From the NCBI GenBank assembly GCA_025800285.1, contig JAOXRX010000037.1:52651-116650 (forward strand): a stretch of DNA of 64,000 nucleotides, written 5' to 3'. A model generated the notes under the pieces. It ran no database searches. It was not told the DNA's origin and was given only the letters and a program-made list of their open reading frames with translations. How positions within the stretch are numbered: position 1 is the stretch's first letter; each line of letters begins with the position of its first letter. The stretch is from Alphaproteobacteria bacterium (GTDB taxonomy: Bacteria; Pseudomonadota; Alphaproteobacteria; JAOXRX01). Positions 8,822 to 15,677 of this stretch are shown one piece after another. Made by a program: the position numbers and the translations under genes.

Positions 8822-10639
8822 ATGGAATTTAGAAATATAGCAATCATTGCCCATGTTGATCATGGCAAAACCACTCTTGTTGACAATATGCTGAAACAAA
8901 GTGGAGCTTTTGAAGCTCATAAAGAAATGGCTGACAGAGTTATGGACTCTAACGATTTAGAAAAAGAAAGAGGAATAACAATTTCTGCTAAATGCACTTC
9001 AATTGAGTGGAAAAACTATAGAATCAACATTGTTGACACTCCTGGTCATGCTGACTTTGGAGGAGAAGTAGAAAGAATACTAAGTATGGTTGACGGAGTT
9101 GTATTGCTAGTTGATTCTGCAGAAGGATGCCTACCTCAAACTAAATTTGTTTTAACAAAAGCTTTAGGCTTAGGGCTAAAGCCGATGGTAGTTGTAAACA
9201 AAGTTGATAGAGGAGATGCAAGACCTCACGAAGTTCATGATGAAGTTTTCGATTTATTTGACAAAATTGGAGCGAATGACGAACAACTAGACTTCCCAAC
9301 ACTGTTTGCAGTTGGAAGAGATGGTTGGGCTGTGGAAGATTATGAAAATGATACTCCTAAAGATTTGTCCCCGTTATTTGACTTAATAATAGATCATGTT
9401 CCTGCACCAACTTGTGCTCCTGAAAAACCATTTGCTATGCTAACGACTCTTATAGAATCAGATCCTTATGTTGGCAGAGTTCTAACAGGTAAAGTTTATA
9501 ACGGAAACATAAAAGTTGGCTCTCCTATTAAAGCTATCTCTCTTGATGGTAAGACAATAGAACAAGGCAAGGTTACAAAAATTATGGCTTTCCGTGGAGT
9601 AGAAAGAACATCTGTAAGTGAAGCTATCGCTGGAGACATTATTTCTATAGCTGGATTATCAAAAGCAACTGTAGCAGATACAATTTGTGATTTATCAGTA
9701 GAAAAGGCTTTTGAAGCACACCCAATCGATCCTCCTACACTTTCAATGACATTCTCTGTTAACGATTCTCCGTTCGCAGGTCAAGAAGGAGATAAACTTA
9801 CTTCAAGAGTAATTGCAGCAAGATTATTTAAAGAAGCTGAAAGCAATGTAGCTCTAAAAGTTGAAGAAACTGAAGATAAAAATAGCTTTATTGTATCTGG
9901 TCGTGGAGAACTACAATTAGGAGTGCTAATAGAAACTCTTAGAAGAGAAGGATTCGAACTTTCTATCTCAAGACCTCATGTTGTTTATAAATATGAAGAC
10001 GGTCAAAAACTAGAGCCAATTGAAGAAGTTATTATCGATGTTGAAGATGAGTTCTCTGGTATAGTTATTGAGAAAATGAATAAAAGAAAAGGTATTATGT
10101 CAGACTTAAGACCTTCTGGCGATGGAAAAACAAGAATAACATTCTATACTCCATCAAGAGGTCTAATCGGTTATTTATCTGAGTTTAGAACAGATACAAG
10201 AGGAACTGGTGTTATGAATAGATTATTCCATAACTACGAACCGTTTAAAGGAGAAATTGAGAAATATAGATCAGGAGTTCTAATCTCTATGGGAAACGGA
10301 GTCGCAGCTCCATTTGCTTTATTCAACTTAGAAGCAAGAGGTGTAATGTTCATTGATGCTGGTGTAAAAGTTTATGATGGCATGATTATTGGAGAACATT
10401 CTCAAAGCAATGATTTGGAAGTAAACCCTATTAAAGGTAAGCAACTTACAAACATCCGTGCTTCTGGTAAAGATGAGGCTGTTAAGCTTACAACCCCGAT
10501 TACAATGAGCTTAGAAGAGGCAATTTCATACATTCATGATGATGAATTAGTTGAAGTTACTCCTGAGAGTATGAGACTTAGAAAAAAACATTTAAGTGCT
10601 ATTGACAGGAAAAAAGCTTTAAGAGCTAAAAACAAATAG
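8822..10639 (+). CDS. typA: Translational GTPase TypA/BipA.
   Basis: AHVDHGKTT, DTPGHADF and NKVD motifs. 605 aa, collinear with BipA. Confidence 0.95.
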   Translation: MEFRNIAIIAHVDHGKTTLVDNMLKQSGAFEAHKEMADRVMDSNDLEKERGITISAKCTSIEWKNYRINIVDTPGHADFGGEVERILSMVDGVVLLVDSAEGCLPQTKFVLTKALGLGLKPMVVVNKVDRGDARPHEVHDEVFDLFDKIGANDEQLDFPTLFAVGRDGWAVEDYENDTPKDLSPLFDLIIDHVPAPTCAPEKPFAMLTTLIESDPYVGRVLTGKVYNGNIKVGSPIKAISLDGKTIEQGKVTKIMAFRGVERTSVSEAIAGDIISIAGLSKATVADTICDLSVEKAFEAHPIDPPTLSMTFSVNDSPFAGQEGDKLTSRVIAARLFKEAESNVALKVEETEDKNSFIVSGRGELQLGVLIETLRREGFELSISRPHVVYKYEDGQKLEPIEEVIIDVEDEFSGIVIEKMNKRKGIMSDLRPSGDGKTRITFYTPSRGLIGYLSEFRTDTRGTGVMNRLFHNYEPFKGEIEKYRSGVLISMGNGVAAPFALFNLEARGVMFIDAGVKVYDGMIIGEHSQSNDLEVNPIKGKQLTNIRASGKDEAVKLTTPITMSLEEAISYIHDDELVEVTPESMRLRKKHLSAIDRKKALRAKNK

Positions 10640-10691
10640 ATTATAAAAAAGCTTGCATTTTTTATAAAAATGGAGTAGCTTACTGGAATAA

Positions 10692-10719
10692 ATAAGGAGA
10701 GGTGGCTGAGTGGCTGAAA
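10692..10719 (+). pseudogene. 5' fragment of a tRNA-Ser gene (acceptor 5' strand plus D-loop only). It is a 28-nt direct repeat of the start of the intact tRNA-Ser at 10872-10899.
   Basis: ataaGGAGAGGTGGCTGAGTGGCTGAAA is identical at both sites. The first copy diverges after the D-loop, its D-stem 3' strand does not pair, and no T-arm or acceptor 3' end follows. Confidence 0.6.
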
Positions 10720-10875
10720 ATACGCTTAGTCTTCTCAAGAAGCAAAGCGACTGCAAGAAGACTTAGTCTTTTGCCCGAATACGAGCCTAAAAGGCGAAGT
10801 ACCGAGGGAAATCGTGGAGCTTTTAAGTTAGAGTTAAATAGTTTTTTAAATCTAGCTTCACAATTGGTTATATAA

Positions 10876-10966
10876 GGAGAGGTGGCTGAGTGGCTGAAAG
10901 CGCGCCCCTGCTAAGGGTGTATAGGGCAACCCCCTATCGAGGGTTCGAATCCCTCTCTCTCCGCCA
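10876..10966 (+). tRNA. tRNA-Ser, anticodon GCU (class II with a long variable arm).
   Basis: Manual fold: acceptor GGAGAGG/TCTCTCC, D-arm with GAGTGGCTGAA loop, anticodon loop cuGCUaa, variable arm stem ATAGGG/CCCTAT, T-loop GGTTCGAATCC, discriminator G, then CCA. Confidence 0.85.
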
Positions 10967-10967
10967 T

Positions 10968-11002
10968 AAATAAAAAAGTCGTGCATAGCACGGCTTTTTT
11001 GT
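10968..11002 (+). terminator. Rho-independent terminator after tRNA-Ser.
   Basis: aaaaaaGTCGTGCataGCACGGCttttttg. Confidence 0.6.
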
Positions 11003-11210
11003 TTATAGGAGTGAAGTTAGGATTAGAAACTTTATGAGTAAATCTTTGATTTACGAATGGTTCGACAATTGAACTTCATTTCATAGGGCAGAGCCCGCAT
11101 GAAATGTTAGTGATTGCAACTTTTGAAGAAACCTTAGTTTCTGATAAAAGTAATCCCTCTCTTTACATAATATTTTTCAATTTATATTCGATGAATTAGG
11201 AATAGATAAA

Positions 11211-11501
11211 ATAGCGAAGGAAGTTAATAAACATTTCTCAAATCAAGATATAGACATCATTGTCATAGATCCATGGAGAAATATCTACGAACAAGGATTG
11301 TCAGGAAAAAGCTCTGTCGATCCAAATGCTGATATTATAGCTTTTTTCAAAAGCCGTATTGAAAGTTTGCGAGAAAAAACAAATCCGAATGCTGGAATTG
11401 TGATAGCTCACCATACAAATAAGAACCAAGAATTAGAACACAAAATATTATTAATATATATATTTGTTTTTTCATGGTTGTATTATTACGACCTTTTATA
11501 A
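11211..11501 (+). pseudogene. C-terminal fragment (about 95 aa) of a RecA-fold NTPase of the phage/plasmid primase-helicase (AAA_25/RepA-like) type. It lacks the Walker A N-terminus and is a mobile-element remnant.
   Basis: The frame is open from 11211 with no ATG until a TTG at 11298. It reads ...DIDIIVIDPWRNIY...ADIIAFFKSRIESLREKTNPNAGIVIAHHTNK (Walker-B-like hhhhD, sensor HHTxK). No cognate N-terminal half lies upstream. Confidence 0.45.
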
Positions 11502-11514
11502 TTTAAAATTCTAT

Positions 11515-11895
11515 TCATAACGAAAGTTTGTAATTAATATATATGCTAAAAGACAATATAAAATTGTAATACATAAAGTATATTATAGCCATGCAAAAAT
11601 AATAACCAATACATATGAAGCGACTTTTTAGTTTATTCTTAATATCTAAAACATTATTTTTTGTTTTCCAAAATATAAAGGAATACAAAAAAACAATCAA
11701 AAATATCATAAGTAAAGAAAAATAAACATTAGGGCAATCCCCTTTTATACATACATATTTGTTATAATAATCTTCGTTAAATATAGAAATCATGTAATTT
11801 TTTATGGATATTATACTAATTGTTATAAAACCGAAAAGCCCTAGTATAAAAATTATGCTTGGTATATTATTTGCAATTTTTCTAAATTTATTCAT
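11515..11895 (-). CDS. Small polytopic membrane protein (126 aa, 3-4 TM), immediately downstream of the toxin-like gene. Candidate immunity protein.
   Basis: Hydrophobic segments IIFILGLFGFITISIISI, VYFSLLMIFLIVFLYSFIFW and FICIGYYFCMAIIYFMYYNFILSF. The gap to the upstream gene is 38 nt. Confidence 0.5.
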   Translation of the reverse strand: MNKFRKIANNIPSIIFILGLFGFITISIISIKNYMISIFNEDYYNKYVCIKGDCPNVYFSLLMIFLIVFLYSFIFWKTKNNVLDIKNKLKSRFICIGYYFCMAIIYFMYYNFILSFSIYINYKLSL

Positions 11896-11933
11896 AATAA
11901 TAATTGTTTAACATATAGGCTTATATAATGCAA

Positions 11934-12557
11934 TTATTTTTTATATTGAACTATTAAATCAATAGTTCCTATTTCTGATATTGATCTAAATTCTTCTAAA
12001 AAACTTTTTATTTCAGATGTTAGATCTATGCATCCTATAGAACCAGGATATGTACCTCCATGGATAGAAAACCCACTTCTTCCTTTTGTATCAGTTCCCT
12101 TTTTGGGATCAAGCCATACTCTTCCATCTCCCCATGACTTTTCCCCTCCCGGAAAAGTTCCACCATAAAATATACCTTTAAATTTATCCCAATCACTTCT
12201 ATTATCAGTATACTGAATATCAGGTCTTACTTTATATTCTCCTTCAGGAATTGGACCTTTATTTTTTTTATCAGTATCTTCAGGATGTTGATATCCTGGT
12301 TTACCAGAAACACCATTCCAAGATTTAATAACCTCTTCCGCCCAAATGAGTTTTAAAATTTTGCCATTAAATAATAAATAAGGTTTTCCTTCTCTTTGAT
12401 ATATTTTCTTTAAATGGCATCTACAATTTGGATGTATAGGTAGTTTAGGAGCATCTTGCATTTTATCAAACCTTTTTCCTTGATGTTCTTTGCATTTATC
12501 ACAAATATTGTCTCCTTCGTTTTGATAAACCCAATCATAAATTTCATATTGTTGCAT
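11934..12557 (-). CDS. Candidate polymorphic toxin. The N-terminus carries a zinc-ribbon-like segment with the MuF (phage head-morphogenesis) C-terminal motif HPNCRC. The C-terminal domain resembles an L,D-transpeptidase (YkuD/Tlde1-like).
   Basis: ICDKCKEHQGKRFDKMQDAPKLPIHPNCRCHL, then GPIPEGEY, then FSIHGGTYPGSIGCIDL (LDT catalytic His ... S-x-G-C-I). The start overlaps the upstream gene's stop as TAATG. Confidence 0.6.
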   Translation of the reverse strand: MQQYEIYDWVYQNEGDNICDKCKEHQGKRFDKMQDAPKLPIHPNCRCHLKKIYQREGKPYLLFNGKILKLIWAEEVIKSWNGVSGKPGYQHPEDTDKKNKGPIPEGEYKVRPDIQYTDNRSDWDKFKGIFYGGTFPGGEKSWGDGRVWLDPKKGTDTKGRSGFSIHGGTYPGSIGCIDLTSEIKSFLEEFRSISEIGTIDLIVQYKK

Positions 12558-13129
12558 TATTTTTCTCCTTTTCTTGAGATTGGTAAATTATTATTTACTT
12601 CTGTTAATTTTTTATCTAAATTAATTTTCTTTTTCCCCCAGCAGTATTCAGCATAAACATTGTTAAAAGCTCCATCCTTAATAGCTCTTTTAATTTCTAA
12701 CAAAGGATAAAAAGAGCAAATTTTTTCTAAAAAAGATTTAGTTTTATTACCTAAAATTCCATCCTCTTTTAGAGCTATGATTTCTGTTATTTGATGTTCT
12801 TTTTTATATCCTGTGAGAATATTTAATCCTCTTTGCAAATCTTTTAAAGCTTGTTCTTTTCCTACTCTCTTTGAATGAGTCTGCAGAAATTCATTTAATT
12901 CAGATATTTTCTCTTTAGTTGAAGAGGGTTTTATTACTTTATTCTCTTTTATTGCTACCACAGGAGGTTCTTCTTCAATTACTTGCTTTTTTAGTTCTGG
13001 TTTTTTAGCGACTTTCTTTATAGGCCTTTCTTCAATACCATATTCTCTTTTTAAAAAGGATTTAATCTCTTGCTCAAAAAGGTGTTGTTTATAAGCCTTT
13101 TTAATATTTTCATAATTAAAATTTATCAT
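12557..13129 (-). CDS. Hypothetical protein (190 aa) with a C-terminal peptidoglycan-binding (PG_binding_1-like) segment. First gene of the cassette.
   Basis: ...QITEIIALKEDGILGNKTKSFLEKI matches the DGifGpkT core of PG-binding domains. Lys/Glu-rich N-terminal half. Translationally coupled (TAATG) to the downstream gene. Confidence 0.5.
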   Translation of the reverse strand: MINFNYENIKKAYKQHLFEQEIKSFLKREYGIEERPIKKVAKKPELKKQVIEEEPPVVAIKENKVIKPSSTKEKISELNEFLQTHSKRVGKEQALKDLQRGLNILTGYKKEHQITEIIALKEDGILGNKTKSFLEKICSFYPLLEIKRAIKDGAFNNVYAEYCWGKKKINLDKKLTEVNNNLPISRKGEK

Positions 13130-13145
13130 TATATTTGCTCCAATA

Positions 13146-13172
13146 AAAAAGCCCTGTCTTGCGACAGAGCAT
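13146..13172 (-). terminator. Minus-strand rho-independent terminator just upstream of the toxin cassette. It would insulate the cassette from read-through.
   Basis: Read on the minus strand: GCTCTGTCgcaaGACAGGGC followed by TTTTTTT. Confidence 0.45.
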
Positions 13173-13350
13173 AGGTATTTCTTTTTCTAATTACCTTCTA
13201 TAGGACATTATTCCTAACTTGTCAAGTAAAAAATAATTTATTTGTTTTATTCGCTTTATTGTCTTTTTTGCTGGACTTTCTCTGAAAGTTATGGCTTTGT
13301 TGTGTTGTGCCGCGACTCGAGTCGCTAAAACAACTAAACCAGGAGGATAT

Positions 13351-13440
13351 ATGGAATTAGAGATTAAAAAGAAAGTAGGTTTAAATCTATTTAAAATTCG
13401 CAGAGAAAAGCATTATCAAATTAATTCTGATTACTATTAA
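13351..13440 (+). pseudogene. 29-codon stub resembling the N-terminus of an XRE-family HTH repressor (MELEIKKKVGLNLFKIRREKHYQ...) behind a strong RBS. Probable truncated phage repressor.
   Basis: AGGAGG sits 4 nt before the ATG. The peptide matches the start of HTH_XRE (..G.rLk.lReek...). A GC-rich 14-bp perfect palindrome lies 25 nt upstream. Confidence 0.3.
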
Positions 13441-13592
13441 AGACTGCATACAAAATATAATTTTAGCATATTATTATAATTAACTTTCTCACAATATTAA
13501 AAAAGTTGCAAACATGCTAATTTTATGATATATTAACAGTGCACAGAACAAAGATTGTTTTATAATTAAACAAAATTAAGGAGATAAAAAAT

Positions 13593-14522
13593 ATGTTAAA
13601 GATGAGCGAAAACAAAAAAATAGATACTACTTTAACAACTGTTTTATTAGCTGGGGTTTTTGCAGTAGGAAAGAAACATAAAGGCTTTATTCCCGAAGCA
13701 GAAATGAATTTATTAAAAGACTCTTTAGAAAGAGTTAAAAGTGCTAGCATTTTACATAGAGGTGTATCCCTTTTAGGAACTAAAACACCAGGATTTGCTA
13801 TAAAAATTCTAGATACTTTTTCTCATGGATTAGCATATCAGTATGCAGAAAGAAATAGAATATTTCGTGAACAATTCTCTCAAATGCACAGCATTTATGG
13901 CTCAGACTTATCTATAGTAAATTTAAGGGCTGGTCTTGATTTTATACCGGATTTATATGCTTATAATAACAATTTAGAAACTATAAATATTGATAGCGAG
14001 GAAATTTTAAGTCAAAGAAAATGGTTATTGCAAGAGAAAAGACCTGAGCTATTCTATAACTCTAAAGAAGTTCCTTTGAACTTATCATTGGAGAATGATA
14101 TTTCTAAAATACAAAACTTTTTAAAAGATAAACCAACTTTAGTTATGGCTAAAGGATTGTTTCCATATTTAGAACATGATAAAGTTAAGCTTATTTTACA
14201 AGAAATAGCAAAATCACCTAAACCATCAATGCTTACATGCTCTTTTTTAAATTCTTTAAATGGAAATACAAAAACTAAAAAAGAGGAATCTACTAAACAA
14301 AGCATGAATTATAAATCAGCTTGGAGCCCTAAAGATTTTACAGCATTAGCAACAAGCTTAGGCATGCAGGTTCAATTTGCACTAAAAGCCTCAACTTGGA
14401 TGAGTGAAGCTATAATAAAATCTGGAAAAATAAACCCTCAGCAATTAGATGAAACTTGGGATATAGAAAACATGGCGACAATATCTAATGCAAGACATTC
14501 ATATATACCTTCAATTAGTTAA
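13593..14522 (+). CDS. Putative class I SAM-dependent O-methyltransferase (LCM/Ppm-like family).
   Basis: N-terminal TTVLLAGVFAV...FIPEAEMNLL, the block IVNLRAGLDFIPD (cf. vvNLGaGlDtR) and TLVMAKGLFPYLEHDKVKLILQEIA (cf. iaEGllmYL). RBS AAGGAG at 13580. Confidence 0.4.
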   Translation: MLKMSENKKIDTTLTTVLLAGVFAVGKKHKGFIPEAEMNLLKDSLERVKSASILHRGVSLLGTKTPGFAIKILDTFSHGLAYQYAERNRIFREQFSQMHSIYGSDLSIVNLRAGLDFIPDLYAYNNNLETINIDSEEILSQRKWLLQEKRPELFYNSKEVPLNLSLENDISKIQNFLKDKPTLVMAKGLFPYLEHDKVKLILQEIAKSPKPSMLTCSFLNSLNGNTKTKKEESTKQSMNYKSAWSPKDFTALATSLGMQVQFALKASTWMSEAIIKSGKINPQQLDETWDIENMATISNARHSYIPSIS

Positions 14523-14553
14523 TTCAAAACCTTATACAAAAAAAATCTAAGTA

Positions 14554-15450
14554 CTAATGTGTTCTACCAGCTAGATATTGAGCTAGCTCTATTAACAAAC
14601 TTACATCTTTGTTAAATATCTTTAACTCATCACAAGCTTCCTGAGTTAATTTATCAACTGCTATTTGTGCTTCTTCCAGCCCATACATAGAAATAAATGT
14701 TGTTTTCTTATTAGCCTCATCTCTTCGTAATGGCTTACCTACTAATTTTTCATCACCAATAACATCTAATATATCATCCGTTATTTGAAAAACAATGCCA
14801 AATTTTGTTGCATAATTATACAAAGCTTTTCGCTCCTCTTTAGAAGCCTTTCCCAATATAGCTCCAGCCAAACAAGAGAATATAAACATTTTACCTGTTT
14901 TAAGAAACTCCATTCTTTTCATTGTCTCAAAGGACAAAGATCTTTTTTCAGATAGTAAGTCTAGTATTTGACCAGCAACCATCCCCTTTGCTCCAATTGT
15001 TTTTGAGAGTTCTAAAGCAATTTCGCTTCTTAATTCAGCATCCGATATATTGCTTGGATTAGAAATAATCTCATAAGCTAAGGGTATTAAAGCATCACCA
15101 GTAAGTATAGCAGTTGCCTCATCATATCTTATATGGTTTGCGGGCTGTCCTCTTCTAGTATCGGCATCGTCCATAGAAGGAAGGTCATCATGAATAAGAG
15201 AATAAGCATGCACGAACTCTATTGCACTAGCCACTTTTAAAGCCTCTTTTCTAGAAACTCCAAATAGCTTTGATGTTTCTACTACTAAAAATGCTCTAAT
15301 TCTTTTAGCCTTTGCCATAGAAGAATATCTCATGGATTCATATAGGAAACTCTCTTCTTCCGTTCCATTTGGGATTAAAGCCAGCATTTCAGCCTCAATA
15401 TCTTTAACTACTCTTTTTATTTCTGATGATAAAGCTTTGCTGATATTCAT
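14554..15450 (-). CDS. ispA: (2E,6E)-farnesyl-diphosphate synthase / polyprenyl synthetase. Start placed at the internal Met (MNISKALS); the ORF track extends to 15507.
   Basis: First DDxxD motif IHDDLPSMDDADTRRG and second motif FQITDDILD. Immediately downstream of xseB, as in the xseB-ispA operon. Confidence 0.88.
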   Translation of the reverse strand: MNISKALSSEIKRVVKDIEAEMLALIPNGTEEESFLYESMRYSSMAKAKRIRAFLVVETSKLFGVSRKEALKVASAIEFVHAYSLIHDDLPSMDDADTRRGQPANHIRYDEATAILTGDALIPLAYEIISNPSNISDAELRSEIALELSKTIGAKGMVAGQILDLLSEKRSLSFETMKRMEFLKTGKMFIFSCLAGAILGKASKEERKALYNYATKFGIVFQITDDILDVIGDEKLVGKPLRRDEANKKTTFISMYGLEEAQIAVDKLTQEACDELKIFNKDVSLLIELAQYLAGRTH

Positions 15451-15451
15451 G

Positions 15452-15667
15452 TTACATATCCTCTTCTTTTGATACTTCTCCGTTACTACTAACGGCAATT
15501 TTTTCAAGTTTTGTTTTTGCTTCTTTTAATCTAGTTTCACAGATTGATGCGAGCTTAACACCTTTTTCATAATTAGCCAAAGCATCTTCAAGTTTACCTT
15601 GTCCGCTTTCCATAGATTTAACAATTAGTTCTAGCTCTTTTAAAGCATCTTCAAAATTAGTATCCAT
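15452..15667 (-). CDS. xseB: Exodeoxyribonuclease VII small subunit.
   Basis: 71 aa (FEDALKELELIVKSMESGQGKLEDALANYEKGVKLASICETRL), typical of XseB, located upstream of ispA. Confidence 0.85.
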   Translation of the reverse strand: MDTNFEDALKELELIVKSMESGQGKLEDALANYEKGVKLASICETRLKEAKTKLEKIAVSSNGEVSKEEDM

Positions 15668-15677
15668 ATCTTTCTCC

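Noticed and set aside
10640-10700. Possible typA terminator AAAAAAGCTTGCATTTTTT
   Set aside because: The stem is essentially A:T with a mismatch. It is too weak to call.
10696-10860. A possible second complete tRNA-Ser, an intron-containing tRNA, or a tmRNA piece beginning GGAGAGGTGGCTGAGTGGCTGAAA
   Set aside because: Only the first ~24 nt are tRNA-like. The D-stem 3' strand does not pair. No anticodon arm, T-loop (GTTCGAATC), complementary acceptor 3' strand or CCA end was found before the intact tRNA begins. It is too short for a group I intron. It is called a fragment instead.
12557-13129. Reading the 190-aa and 207-aa ORFs as one frameshifted PG_binding_1-YkuD L,D-transpeptidase pseudogene
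   Set aside because: The junction is a clean TAATG overlap with an in-frame Met. The downstream protein begins with a distinct MuF-type Cys/HPNCRC segment not found in housekeeping LDTs. This is kept as an alternative in the finding text.
13523-13750. 75-aa minus-strand ORF overlapping the methyltransferase start and upstream region
   Set aside because: Hydrophobic low-complexity frame. It conflicts with the RBS-led plus-strand methyltransferase gene.
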